64,000 nucleotides of DNA from Naegleria gruberi (taxonomy: Eukaryota): assembly GCA_000004985.1 (NCBI GenBank), contig GG738873.1; one strand, written 5' to 3'. A program made the position numbers and the translations under genes. Of the stretch, positions 1 through 11,648 are shown in pieces. Below the pieces are notes generated by a model. The model was given only the letters and a program-made list of their open reading frames with translations, did not search any database and had not been told where the DNA came from. Positions within the stretch are counted from its first letter, which is position 1. Each line of letters begins with the position of its first letter.

Positions 1-2822
1 NNNNNNNNNNNNNNNNNNNNNNNNNNNNNNNNNNNNNNNNNNNNNNNNNNNNNNNNNNNNNNNNNNNNNNNNNNNNNNNNNNNNNNNNNNNNNNNNNNNN
101 NNNNNNNNNNNNNNNNNNNNNNNNNNNNNNNNNNNNNNNNNNNNNNNNNNNNNNNNNNNNNNNNNNNNNNNNNNNNNNNNNNNNNNNNNNNNNNNNNNNN
201 NNNNNNNNNNNNNNNNNNNNNNNNNNNNNNNNNNNNNNNNNNNNNNNNNNNNNNNNNNNNNNNNNNNNNNNNNNNNNNNNNNNNNNNNNNNNNNNNNNNN
301 NNNNNNNNNNNNNNNNNNNNNNNNNNNNNNNNNNNNNNNNNNNNNNNNNNNNNNNNNNNNNNNNNNNNNNNNNNNNNNNNNNNNNNNNNNNNNNNNNNNN
401 NNNNNNNNNNNNNNNNNNNNNNNNNNNNNNNNNNNNNNNNNNNNNNNNNNNNNNNNNNNNNNNNNNNNNNNNNNNNNNNNNNNNNNNNNNNNNNNNNNNN
501 NNNNNNNNNNNNNNNNNNNNNNNNNNNNNNNNNNNNNNNNNNNNNNNNNNNNNNNNNNNNNNNNNNNNNNNNNNNNNNNNNNNNNNNNNNNNNNNNNNNN
601 NNNNNNNNNNNNNNNNNNNNNNNNNNNNNNNNNNNNNNNNNNNNNNNNNNNNNNNNNNNNNNNNNNNNNNNNNNNNNNNNNNNNNNNNNNNNNNNNNNNN
701 NNNNNNNNNNNNNNNNNNNNNNNNNNNNNNNNNNNNNNNNNNNNNNNNNNNNNNNNNNNNNNNNNNNNNNNNNNNNNNNNNNNNNNNNNNNNNNNNNNNN
801 NNNNNNNNNNNNNNNNNNNNNNNNNNNNNNNNNNNNNNNNNNNNNNNNNNNNNNNNNNNNNNNNNNNNNNNNNNNNNNNNNNNNNNNNNNNNNNNNNNNN
901 NNNNNNNNNNNNNNNNNNNNNNNNNNNNNNNNNNNNNNNNNNNNNNNNNNNNNNNNNNNNNNNNNNNNNNNNNNNNNNNNNNNNNNNNNNNNNNNNNNNN
1001 NNNNNNNNNNNNNNNNNNNNNNNNNNNNNNNNNNNNNNNNNNNNNNNNNNNNNNNNNNNNNNNNNNNNNNNNNNNNNNNNNNNNNNNNNNNNNNNNNNNN
1101 NNNNNNNNNNNNNNNNNNNNNNNNNNNNNNNNNNNNNNNNNNNNNNNNNNNNNNNNNNNNNNNNNNNNNNNNNNNNNNNNNNNNNNNNNNNNNNNNNNNN
1201 NNNNNNNNNNNNNNNNNNNNNNNNNNNNNNNNNNNNNNNNNNNNNNNNNNNNNNNNNNNNNNNNNNNNNNNNNNNNNNNNNNNNNNNNNNNNNNNNNNNN
1301 NNNNNNNNNNNNNNNNNNNNNNNNNNNNNNNNNNNNNNNNNNNNNNNNNNNNNNNNNNNNNNNNNNNNNNNNNNNNNNNNNNNNNNNNNNNNNNNNNNNN
1401 NNNNNNNNNNNNNNNNNNNNNNNNNNNNNNNNNNNNNNNNNNNNNNNNNNNNNNNNNNNNNNNNNNNNNNNNNNNNNNNNNNNNNNNNNNNNNNNNNNNN
1501 NNNNNNNNNNNNNNNNNNNNNNNNNNNNNNNNNNNNNNNNNNNNNNNNNNNNNNNNNNNNNNNNNNNNNNNNNNNNNNNNNNNNNNNNNNNNNNNNNNNN
1601 NNNNNNNNNNNNNNNNNNNNNNNNNNNNNNNNNNNNNNNNNNNNNNNNNNNNNNNNNNNNNNNNNNNNNNNNNNNNNNNNNNNNNNNNNNNNNNNNNNNN
1701 NNNNNNNNNNNNNNNNNNNNNNNNNNNNNNNNNNNNNNNNNNNNNNNNNNNNNNNNNNNNNNNNNNNNNNNNNNNNNNNNNNNNNNNNNNNNNNNNNNNN
1801 NNNNNNNNNNNNNNNNNNNNNNNNNNNNNNNNNNNNNNNNNNNNNNNNNNNNNNNNNNNNNNNNNNNNNNNNNNNNNNNNNNNNNNNNNNNNNNNNNNNN
1901 NNNNNNNNNNNNNNNNNNNNNNNNNNNNNNNNNNNNNNNNNNNNNNNNNNNNNNNNNNNNNNNNNNNNNNNNNNNNNNNNNNNNNNNNNNNNNNNNNNNN
2001 NNNNNNNNNNNNNNNNNNNNNNNNNNNNNNNNNNNNNNNNNNNNNNNNNNNNNNNNNNNNNNNNNNNNNNNNNNNNNNNNNNNNNNNNNNNNNNNNNNNN
2101 NNNNNNNNNNNNNNNNNNNNNNNNNNNNNNNNNNNNNNNNNNNNNNNNNNNNNNNNNNNNNNNNNNNNNNNNNNNNNNNNNNNNNNNNNNNNNNNNNNNN
2201 NNNNNNNNNNNNNNNNNNNNNNNNNNNNNNNNNNNNNNNNNNNNNNNNNNNNNNNNNNNNNNNNNNNNNNNNNNNNNNNNNNNNNNNNNNNNNNNNNNNN
2301 NNNNNNNNNNNNNNNNNNNNNNNNNNNNNNNNNNNNNNNNNNNNNNNNNNNNNNNNNNNNNNNNNNNNNNNNNNNNNNNNNNNNNNNNNNNNNNNNNNNN
2401 NNNNNNNNNNNNNNNNNNNNNNNNNNNNNNNNNNNNNNNNNNNNNNNNNNNNNNNNNNNNNNNNNNNNNNNNNNNNNNNNNNNNNNNNNNNNNNNNNNNN
2501 NNNNNNNNNNNNNNNNNNNNNNNNNNNNNNNNNNNNNNNNNNNNNNNNNNNNNNNNNNNNNNNNNNNNNNNNNNNNNNNNNNNNNNNNNNNNNNNNNNNN
2601 NNNNNNNNNNNNNNNNNNNNNNNNNNNNNNNNNNNNNNNNNNNNNNNNNNNNNNNNNNNNNNNNNNNNNNNNNNNNNNNNNNNNNNNNNNNNNNNNNNNN
2701 NNNNNNNNNNNNNNNNNNNNNNNNNNNNNNNNNNNNNNNNNNNNNNNNNNNNNNNNNNNNNNNNNNNNNNNNNNNNNNNNNNNNNNNNNNNNNNNNNNNN
2801 NNNNNNNNNNNNNNNNNNNNNN
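1..2822. other. assembly gap (run of N)
   Basis: Continuous n characters; no sequence information. Confidence 0.99.
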
Positions 2823-3212
2823 ATAGCAGAAGTAGACGGAAAGTGAAATTATCCACTTTGTCTTTGCACTTCAAATAATCAGTCAAATGTTTGATTGTTA
2901 TCGGATCTCTTTGAAGAGAAACTTTATCCGAAAGTGAATAAAGCTTAAGGACACCTTTTTTAACTTTAGGGTAAGAGACAGAAATATTAATTGTTCTGCC
3001 ATCAAGGTTAGCAAAGAATTGAATAGCTGCTTGCACAGTATTTGCTTTGTAACCTTGAACATTAACCAGAAGGTAAGAGATGTAATATTCAATAGCTAAA
3101 GGATTATCAATGGTAAGATCGAACACATTGATAAACCAAAGAAAACCACCATAAATCCTGTTGTAGGTTCTGAAGGTTTTTTCACCTATTGAAGAGAGAA
3201 TACTGATTTCTC

Positions 3213-5096
3213 TCATTGTTTGAATAACTTGCCATGCACTTGAACAACCAGGAAATTCGAATTCTCGAACTTGTCTTGCAACTCTGATAAGGGCGTTATT
3301 ATAAGCATCTTTCTCGAAACAGTTATCATTCTTTCTGATATCTTTAGCAAGACTGGAAACCATATCGAAGAGGGCCAATCTGGAACCACAAATGTCGCTT
3401 TGGCTCCTGACTTGATGCAGTGAACTAGAGCTTGAGATATCAGACCCAGAGGAGGCGCACAATAGCTCATCAGATTTTGTTCCCATGGGTTCAGAAATGT
3501 GTCGTTCTCTATCCATGAATTGAATTGAATTGTTGTGGTTGATTCCAATGTTGCGAATCTGTCCACGTGGTGTTCTCCAAATTCTGTCTGAACTAGATTC
3601 AATAGTTCTTGAGAGGATTTCCATTCTGTTAGACGACTCAGTCTGTCCGCCAAAATGTTTTCCTTTGAGGGAATATAAATCACTTTGGAAATCCACCATT
3701 TTCTTCTCATTAGAATTTTGTAGAGATCTCTGGCTATTTGTGAGAGTTCTTCGATGACTCCGTAACCTCTCCTTATATAAGATATTGCTGTTACATTGTC
3801 GCCTCTTATCTCGAATGCTTGACCAGGACCATAAAGGTTTAATTGATCTGCTTGTGTGAAGAAAATGAGGAGTGTTTTTAACTCTTTGACATTGATGTGC
3901 TCTGAGGAATTGAATCTTCCAATTGTAATGGTTGATTCTGCGTGAATTCCATAACCTGTTGGGCAAGCATCTGAATTCACTCGAATCGGGTTCATTGAGT
4001 TCAGTTCGAATGGAACTCCACTGTTTTCCTGAATCAGAGTTTTCAATATCTTGAGGTCTTTGGTTGCACCTCTGAATATTCTCATCGATGCGTGCCAGGA
4101 TTTGTCGTTTACTACTTTCACCATATCCTTTCGAAGACGAGCCAGAAATGGTGCAAAATAATGGTTTGATAGGGTTAGAAATTCCATCTTCCCAAGAAAC
4201 TGAGCCACTTTCTTGCAAGCTACATATCTGTTCAGTTGGTTCGCTGACAAGAAGTCTTGGATCAGTTTTATCGCAGTGGCTTGTTTGTTGAGTGGAATTT
4301 TTACCAAACCTGATATTAAATCCAATTCCAGACCCAGAAATTCTATGCATTGACAAGGTGTCAACACACTTTTCTCCTTCTGTATAATCCATCCTAATGT
4401 TTCTAGGTCTTTCAAGATTATCTCTGTGTGTTGTTGGGTAGTTTCCTTGTGGTTGCTTAGAATCAATATATCGTCGATGTAAATGAATACCAAGATGCCC
4501 TGCCTTCTCCACTTGGTCACTAGTTCCTTCATTATCTTGGTGAAGTTTCTGGGAGCTTGACTTAGACCAAATGGAAGGCATTTGAATTGGTATACAAGGC
4601 TCTTGTACTTGAATCCCAGAAGGTGTCGATGACTCTCTCTGATGGGAACATGAAAATAGCCTTTCTTCAGGTCTATCTTTGTTGCCCACATTCCTTTCTG
4701 AACAAACTTCAAACATTTTTGAATGTTGTCCATCTTGAACGAAGTATCCTTGATCCCCAAGTTTACTTTCCTGAGATCCAGAATAAAACGAAACTGATCT
4801 GAGCCCTTCTTGGGGACAATGTTTATTGGATTGAGTACCGTAGATTTGTTTCCAAGTTCGATGACATTGGAACTCAACATCTCTTGGATTTCTTGATCCA
4901 TCCAAGAGGTCTCCTTTGGAGAGAAATTCTTCCCCCGCTTGAATTCTTTCCAAAGGGTGGGATTTGAGTAGATTGGAACTCCATTCCGAATCCAATCCAC
5001 TATGAATGGGTTGAAGTTGTAACTCTCCCACTGAGTTACAAACTTGCCAAGACGACAACCCACCAAGTCAGAGGTCTTTGCTGAAGGATCCTCCAC
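3213..5096 (-). CDS. retrotransposon pol fragment (reverse transcriptase + RNase H)
   Basis: 627-aa ORF with the YIDD box and RT palm motifs; the frame continues in fragments to 2898 and then into the gap. Confidence 0.8.
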   Translation of the reverse strand: MEDPSAKTSDLVGCRLGKFVTQWESYNFNPFIVDWIRNGVPIYSNPTLWKEFKRGKNFSPKETSWMDQEIQEMLSSNVIELGNKSTVLNPINIVPKKGSDQFRFILDLRKVNLGIKDTSFKMDNIQKCLKFVQKGMWATKIDLKKGYFHVPIRESHRHLLGFKYKSLVYQFKCLPFGLSQAPRNFTKIMKELVTKWRRQGILVFIYIDDILILSNHKETTQQHTEIILKDLETLGWIIQKEKSVLTPCQCIEFLGLELDLISGLVKIPLNKQATAIKLIQDFLSANQLNRYVACKKVAQFLGKMEFLTLSNHYFAPFLARLRKDMVKVVNDKSWHASMRIFRGATKDLKILKTLIQENSGVPFELNSMNPIRVNSDACPTGYGIHAESTITIGRFNSSEHINVKELKTLLIFFTQADQLNLYGPGQAFEIRGDNVTAISYIRRGYGVIEELSQIARDLYKILMRRKWWISKVIYIPSKENILADRLSRLTEWKSSQELLNLVQTEFGEHHVDRFATLESTTTIQFNSWIENDTFLNPWEQNLMSYCAPPLGLISQALVHCIKSGAKATFVVPDWPSSIWFPVLLKISERMITVSRKMLIITPLSELQDKFENSNFLVVQVHGKLFKQ

Positions 5097-5267
5097 CGTT
5101 GTTGTTGTTGTACTTTGGTTTTGAGTCTCCTGATTTTTGAAAATTGGAGTTACTCTTGTAAGACTTAGAGTAGCTGTTGTGTTGAGAAGTGTAGGGTTTG
5201 TTCAACTTCTCTTTCATTTTGTTGGGTTTTTGAATCTTTCCAACAAAAGCAGTCTTGATAACAGCTT

Positions 5268-5317
5268 NNNNNNNNNNNNNNNNNNNNNNNNNNNNNNNNN
5301 NNNNNNNNNNNNNNNNN
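5268..5317. other. 50-N scaffold gap
   Basis: Exactly 50 n characters. Confidence 0.99.
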
Positions 5318-5320
5318 TAA

Positions 5321-6040
5321 CTAATTCTGTGATTTCATGATGTTAGCAACGTTCATTGGGTGACTTAAAGCGAAATGGAGTAGTCTAGATTTCAAATGCA
5401 ACATTTCCATCATCTTTTGCAAGCCCTTTGATTGGATTTCTTGCAAACGGGGATAAGTACGATGATTATGAATAACGGATTCAAATCTAGCCATTAATGA
5501 TTGAACTCTATTCAAAAGAGCATCATTGGTTTGATAACGACGAAGAGTTTTGGCTGAAACAAAACTTAAGACATCTCCATCGGCTAATCTGTCGCCAACT
5601 TCATAGTGTCTTCTAATCTCCTTGATTGTTGACATACCCCAATGTTTACCAGTGGAATCTTCAGCAGAATCCTCATCAGAGTTGTCATCAAGTTGATCAG
5701 CTTCTTGAAGGATGGGTGGAACTGCTTCAAGATGTTTAATTCTCTCACCCAATGAAGTGATGGCGTGAAGAATAGCATCTAGGTTCTTTTCAGAACCACC
5801 TTGGTTGTTATCCAAGGGTTTAGTTTGTGATGAAACTGGGTCATTTCCAGAACCACTTTGATTATTATCTAAAGGTTTAGTCTGTGATGACACTGAACTA
5901 CCTTCATCAATTGCTGGGATATATCCAGACTTGTAAGTTGAAACGCTGTCAGCTGACTTACTAGCAGAAATAATTTTTCTGATAGCAGTCACTGTTTTGC
6001 CAGGGGTGTCAGCAATGATTTTGCTTGGTGTGTTTACCAT
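5321..6040 (-). CDS. gag-like ORF of the same element, containing tandem 13-aa repeats (DPVSSQTKPLDNNQ x2)
   Basis: 239-aa ORF immediately upstream of pol and co-oriented with it. It has repeated SQTKPLDNNQ(S/G)GS units and an acidic C-terminal stretch. No CCHC knuckle is visible, so the gag assignment rests on position only. Confidence 0.4.
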   Translation of the reverse strand: MVNTPSKIIADTPGKTVTAIRKIISASKSADSVSTYKSGYIPAIDEGSSVSSQTKPLDNNQSGSGNDPVSSQTKPLDNNQGGSEKNLDAILHAITSLGERIKHLEAVPPILQEADQLDDNSDEDSAEDSTGKHWGMSTIKEIRRHYEVGDRLADGDVLSFVSAKTLRRYQTNDALLNRVQSLMARFESVIHNHRTYPRLQEIQSKGLQKMMEMLHLKSRLLHFALSHPMNVANIMKSQN

Positions 6041-6141
6041 GTTTCTTAATTTTTTTGAGCATAAAAATTATTTATCAACTCAATTTTATTGTTTACAATT
6101 TGTCGAAATACTAACGTTGCATCGTTCCTCGCAACTAGCCA

Positions 6142-6159
6142 ATATATATATATATATAT
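6142..6159. repeat. (AT)n microsatellite
   Basis: atatatatatatatatat. Confidence 0.9.
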
Positions 6160-6679
6160 TCTCAAAGTCATTTACAACTAATAAAGTGAAAATATACAAC
6201 ACTTGACTTACCAAGGTAACCAAATTACTAGATTCTAAAGGAAATACAATATATATTCATGGTATTACTCATCATACTCAAGTTTCTATTATCTTAAAAT
6301 TTTATTACGGCCAATTCAAACAGGCAACAAAAGCACACATTATCAGACATTGTAATAACAAATACTCAACCTTTTGTTGTTTATAATATGTGAAATCTAT
6401 TGACAGAACAAAATGAAATACAAAAAGTCTACTAATAAAGAGTTCTTACCAAGAAATCACCGAAAAACTCATGTAAAATAAAGAATAGAAAATCACTTTT
6501 AAGGGGTAAATAAATATAATCTGAACAGATAAATGAATTTGCGAGGAATTATGATAAAAAGGATGTAGTGAGAATGGGATTTGATAAAGAGAGGATAAGT
6601 AAAAAACATGATGAGGAGTATGATGAAGAATAAAAGGGAAATGATTTTTCTAACATAGATAAATATAATTTTTGTTCAC

Positions 6680-6701
6680 ATATATATATATATATATATA
6701 T
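6680..6701. repeat. (AT)n microsatellite
   Basis: 22 bp of perfect AT dinucleotide repeat. Confidence 0.9.
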
Positions 6702-6847
6702 TCACCCAATAATTTATCAAAAAAATAAAATACAAAAAATCAATTCTCATATAACAACAAAATAAATTGTGAAAATATACAAAAATTATATTCAAACTCG
6801 AATTTAAATCGAGAAACACACTAAACCACCAAACGGTACTACTAAGC

Positions 6848-8187
6848 TTAAAATCTCTAATCCAACTCAAGTCACGGAACACTTTGACAAGATGTTCAAT
6901 ACTGCACTCGGAGACTCTAATTTGGATGAGAAATTAATCACAGGACACCCCAAACTTGCAGAATTTAGGGTTCCACCTGCTAACCCAAGTTTGCTTGCGA
7001 ATGTGGTTAGCCGTATGAAACACTCAATGCCTGGTAGTAATAAGGTGCCAATGATTGTTTCAAATTTATGAATGAAGATACTCTCCTTACCTTCTTTAAC
7101 AAAATATTTGTTGATGGTAACCCCTTCCCTGATTCTTGGAAAGCAGGTCTGCTACTTCCCCTACCTAAAAACTCGAATCCCAAATCACTCTCTGACTTCA
7201 GACCTATAGTTGTTCTCCCTATTCACTCAGCCCAAAGAGACTTCAAACGCCTTGCCTCAACTACTGACCAGCTCGTGGTGGTCTATCATTTCCGAATATA
7301 GAAAAACAAAGAAACCATTATTCATGTGCACCCTTGATATTAAGAATGCATATGGAAGTGTGGTCCATAGCAAGTTGAAATCTATCCTTCCCAGGATAGG
7401 TTTTAATAAGTCAGTAACCAATCTTGTTATGAAAATGGTTACGGGGCACAGAATCAAAGTGCTTGCTAATGGCTCAACATCACCAGCTTTTGAAGCAAGG
7501 TTTGGAGTCCCACAAGGGGATCCTATTAGCCCTCTTGTGTTCAATCTATACTTTAACACTGTTACTTCCGTGATTGATTCATATCAAGGAGCTTCCATTT
7601 GTGGAGAAAAAGTAGTTCTCCTTCTGTATGCAGACGATATCTTGGTTCTTTCTGAATCAGCTTCAGAATTAACCAATATACTTACTGAATTAAACTCAAT
7701 AGCCCTACAACTAGGGCTGCACTTCGCCACACACAAGTGCAAAGTATTTGGTGTCACTGCATCTGGCCTCAGATCTCGAGCAAAAGTTTACGTAAATGGT
7801 ACAAACATTAATAGTTCTAAGAATAATCCATTAGAGTATCTGGGTGCCTCCTTTATTAATAACATGTCTTGGTCTCCCTCCGATGATAAGGTTCTCTTAA
7901 AAGTTGAATCCAGATTACTAAATTTCAGACCAAAACACTTGAGACTCGGTCCAATGAGGAACGTAATATTATCTAAGGTGCTTTCTGTGCCTAGATACCT
8001 CTCAAGCGTAAATGCTATTCCACTTTCACTATTGGAAAAATTGGAAGTCAAAATTAGTGGAATTATTAAGAAAAGAATTGGATGTGACAACAGGCTCTCT
8101 AAAGCCGTTATCTATGGTGATAAATCCCAGGGTGGACTTGGGCTTTTATGTCCAGTTGATATAAGTCACGTGGAAAGGATGGCATCT
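6848..8187 (+). mobile_element. RTE-like non-LTR retrotransposon, copy 1 (5'-truncated, decayed, runs into gap)
   Basis: Near-identical to 9548–10850 of copy 2. Relative to copy 2 it has a ~79-bp deletion at the position of 9931–10009 and a 5-bp deletion, so the frame is broken (table ORFs 7068–7301 and 7210–8253). It ends at the 50-N gap. Confidence 0.8.
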
Positions 8188-8237
8188 NNNNNNNNNNNNN
8201 NNNNNNNNNNNNNNNNNNNNNNNNNNNNNNNNNNNNN
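8188..8237. other. 50-N scaffold gap between the two LINE copies
   Basis: Exactly 50 n characters. Confidence 0.99.
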
Positions 8238-8349
8238 AAAAAGAAAAAACTAGGCAGTCCTTTTAAGTCTGCTATTGTTCTTCGAAACGTGAATCTGAGA
8301 GTTTCCACTACTAAGGCAGCCGATTCCCCATGTATGGCTGTAGATAAAA

Positions 8350-10461
8350 GTGAACTCTCAGAGGAGGACAATTAAACATCACCTTAGAATGGCCAGTTGC
8401 AACCTCTCGTCCTTTTCAATCGACAAACAGGCCATTCTTCTTCACCACATCAAGAACGAGAGGCTTGATGTTATTAACATCCAAGAATCGCACTGGGACT
8501 CCAGCGTGTTCAAGGATAATGTTAGTAAGGCTGCTAAGTTCTTTTCCCCTTGCAAGATTTATGGAACTCCATGTAGTCCAAATGATAAGGCAGCCGGAAT
8601 CCTCACTATTATCAAAGGTACTCTGCATAGAAAGGTAATTTCTTTTGAAGTGCTAGTTTCAGGCAGAGTTTCATGTTTAAAATTAGAAACTGATTATGGT
8701 GTTGTCAACATCATTAATTGGTACGGTGTGCAAAAGTATAGTAGTGAATTCCAGAACATCTTAACTAAGCTCTCAGAGTATTTACTGGAAGCTATGTTTC
8801 ACTCGGAACATGTTATTATAATGGGTGACCTTAATATCAACACCTTGTTTGGCTCGGAGAAGAGGAAAGCGAGCGCCTTCAATGAATGGTTACAAGTATT
8901 TAACCTGAATGATCTTGTTCCATGTCCGACTCGCCCCTCTTTTAAGTCTAGTAGAGGTAGCAAGAAGCCATATTCTACCAGACCAGATCATATTGTTAGC
9001 TCCCTACTCTCCAGCCAACTGTGGGATGTTGAAATGTTTCTTCAACACAAAATGGTCTGTGCTGAGTTTCAATTATTCGATTTGGAGAGCACTGCTAAAT
9101 TTGAGGAGGTTTTCAATATGTCTAAATTCAATAACAAAGCGTTTACTGAGAATCTAGACTGCATCAATTCAAAGATTGCTTCCTTTTCAGGAAAAGATCT
9201 TCAATCCTTCTTAACTGAGCTGTGCTCTCAGTATCATTCGCCGATTAGGAAATCTCCTTTGATTACTGATATTAAAGAATATAGAGATTTAGAGCGTATT
9301 CGGAGGGCTCTCCAAAAGGCTAAATGGTCTAACCGACCGAATAAGATAGCCAAGGAATTTATGGCTACTGTTGGTGTAGATAATGCAATTGTAGCCTATA
9401 AAGATGTGGTGAAGAAACAACAGAACGTTATCCTCAGTGCTCTTAAAGCTAGAAAAGAGGCTTTCAAAAAGGCAGTTAATAACCTTAAAAGTAGTGTTCC
9501 TTATAGATACGCGTTTAAATCGGAGCGTAACTCTAGCTCTGTGTTTAAAATCTCTGATCCAACTCAGGTCACGGAACACTTTGAAAAGATGTTCAATACT
9601 GCACTCGGAGACTCTAATTTGGATGAGAAATTAATCACAGGACACCCCAAACTTGCAGAATTTAGGGTCCCACCTGCTAACCCAGGTTTGCTTGCGAATG
9701 TGGTTAGCCGGATGAAACACTCAATGCCTGGTAGTGATAAGGTGCCAATGATTGTTTTCAAATCTATGAATGAAGATGCTCTCCTTACAGTGTGTTCAAT
9801 CTTTAACAAAATCCTTGTTGATGGTAACCCCATCCCTGATTCTTGGAAAGCAGGTCTGCTACTTCCCTTACCTAAAAACTCGAATCCCAAATCACTCTCT
9901 GACTTCAGACCTATTGTTGTTCTCCCTATTATTTATAGAATTTTTTCTTCCTATGTTAACTACCACCTCATGAACAAGGTGGACGAGGAAAAAGTGATTC
10001 ACTCAGCCCAAAGAGGCTTCAAACGCCTTGCCTCAACTACTGACCAGCTCGTGGTGGTCAAGTCTATCATTTCCGAATATAGAAAAACAAAGAAACCATT
10101 ATTCATGTGCACCCTCGATATTAAGAATGCATATGGAAGTGTGGTCCATAGCAAGTTGAAATCTATCCTTCCCAGGATAGGTTTTAATGAGTCAGTAACC
10201 AATCTTGTTATGAAAATGGTTACGGGGCACAGAATCAAAGTGCTTGCTAATGGCTCAACATCACCAGCTTTTGAAGCAAGGTTTGGAGTCCCACAAGGGG
10301 ATCCTATTAGCCCTCTTGTGTTCAATCTATACTTTAACACTGTTACTTCAGTGATTGATTCATATCAAGGAGCTTCCATTTGCGGAGAAAAAGTAGTTCT
10401 CCTTCTATATGCAGACGATATCTTGGTTCTTTCTTCAGATCTCGAGCAAAAGTTTACCTAA
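8350..10461 (+). CDS. LINE ORF: AP endonuclease + reverse transcriptase (truncated by internal deletion)
   Basis: 703-aa ORF with the EEP and RT motifs listed above. Confidence 0.8.
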   Translation: MNSQRRTIKHHLRMASCNLSSFSIDKQAILLHHIKNERLDVINIQESHWDSSVFKDNVSKAAKFFSPCKIYGTPCSPNDKAAGILTIIKGTLHRKVISFEVLVSGRVSCLKLETDYGVVNIINWYGVQKYSSEFQNILTKLSEYLLEAMFHSEHVIIMGDLNINTLFGSEKRKASAFNEWLQVFNLNDLVPCPTRPSFKSSRGSKKPYSTRPDHIVSSLLSSQLWDVEMFLQHKMVCAEFQLFDLESTAKFEEVFNMSKFNNKAFTENLDCINSKIASFSGKDLQSFLTELCSQYHSPIRKSPLITDIKEYRDLERIRRALQKAKWSNRPNKIAKEFMATVGVDNAIVAYKDVVKKQQNVILSALKARKEAFKKAVNNLKSSVPYRYAFKSERNSSSVFKISDPTQVTEHFEKMFNTALGDSNLDEKLITGHPKLAEFRVPPANPGLLANVVSRMKHSMPGSDKVPMIVFKSMNEDALLTVCSIFNKILVDGNPIPDSWKAGLLLPLPKNSNPKSLSDFRPIVVLPIIYRIFSSYVNYHLMNKVDEEKVIHSAQRGFKRLASTTDQLVVVKSIISEYRKTKKPLFMCTLDIKNAYGSVVHSKLKSILPRIGFNESVTNLVMKMVTGHRIKVLANGSTSPAFEARFGVPQGDPISPLVFNLYFNTVTSVIDSYQGASICGEKVVLLLYADDILVLSSDLEQKFT

Positions 10462-11648
10462 ATGGTACTAACATTAATAGTTCTAAGAATAATCCGTTAG
10501 AGTATCTGGGTGCCTCCTTTATTAATAACATGTCTTGGTCTCCCTCCGATGATAAGGTTCTCTTAAAAGTTGAATCCAGATTACTAAATTTCAGACCAAA
10601 ACACTTGAGACTCGGTCCAATGAGGAACGTAATATTATCTAAGGTGCTTTCTGTACCTAGATACCTCTCAAGCGTAGATGCTATTCCACTTTCACTATTG
10701 GAAAAATTGGAAGTCAAAATTAGTGGAATTATTAAGAAAAGAATTGGATGTGACAACAGGCTCTCTAAAGCCGTTATATATGGTGATAAATCCCAGGGTG
10801 GACTTGGGCTTTTATCTCCAGTTGATATAAGTCACGTGGAAAGGATGGCATCTGTCTGTAGGTTTGTCAATTCTACCTCTCCTATCACCCAAAAAATCGC
10901 AAGAGCCATGATAAATAAGGCGCTCAAGGGTGAAACTACAGATTCACTGTGGAAAAATGCTGCCGCTACAATGAAAGATCTGAAATATTACTTCAAATCC
11001 ACAGATAATGGATGGGTCTTGTGTAACCATACCAATCACAAGCCTGTCTCCAACCTTAGAAATGCTATCATTGAAACTCAGCGATCCAAAAAAATTATCA
11101 ATAAGTTGGGCCAATTAGACAATGACTATAATTGGCATAACAGCACTCTCTCCTTCTGGAGAAACTCTCTCTTGTCTTATTATCAGCAAAGACTCCTCTA
11201 CTTTAATCTCCACCACTCAATTTTACTAGGTGATGACAGTACTTGTGACAAATGTAATGTCAAGGAAGATTGGACCCATGCATTCCAAACTTGTCCCAAA
11301 TGCAATCCTGAAAAGGATGAACTGTATGCCACATGGGACGCTATCTCCCAGAAATTTAGTATTAACAAGATTCGTTTCCCTCCTGATATCTCAGAATCCT
11401 CTCAACTTAGGATAGAATTTGATGGTCGTTGCTCCCGTAATTACTGGCTTAACTGGTCTAAGCGCAAAAAAATACCTAAGTATCTGGCCCTAGAAGTCTA
11501 CAAAGCACTAGCTATTTATTTGGAAAATTGCTACAAGAACTCAGTGTGGTACAACCGTCCCAATGCAAGCTTCACTATTAACAGGAAATACCTCTCTGCC
11601 TACCACAGGCAGGCTCAGTCTAACCAACCACTTAGCGTCAACCCATAA
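10380..11648 (+). pseudogene. frame-shifted continuation of the LINE RT (thumb/C-terminal region)
   Basis: Homologous to copy 1 7780–8187; it is in a different frame from ORF 8350–10461 because of the internal deletion. Confidence 0.7.

Larger units (their letters stand above)
2823..6040 (-). mobile_element. retrotransposon internal region (gag-like ORF followed by RT/RNase H pol), 3' part lost in the leading gap; LTR- or DIRS-like, class not resolvable
   Basis: Minus-strand order is gag-like ORF (6040->5321), 50-N gap, then pol ORF (5096->3213). The pol ORF carries RT motifs (LPFGLSQAPRNF, FIYIDDILILS YxDD box) and an RNase H-like region. The frame breaks near 3100–3200 and the element runs into the N gap at 2822. 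No integrase HHCC/DDE motifs were seen in the readable part. Confidence 0.7.

Noticed and set aside
5670-5900. Tandem direct repeats that could be mistaken for a CRISPR or minisatellite array
   Set aside because: They are in-frame repeats inside the gag-like ORF (DPVSSQTKPLDNNQ units). This is a eukaryotic locus with no CRISPR-like repeat-spacer periodicity
7257-7559. Antisense 100-aa ORFs (MLKYRLNTRGLIGSPCG...) present twice (7257–7559 and 9999–10340), plus 7788–8090 / 10454–10756
   Set aside because: They are duplicated only because the LINE is present in two copies. They lie antisense to the RT coding frame and have no motif support
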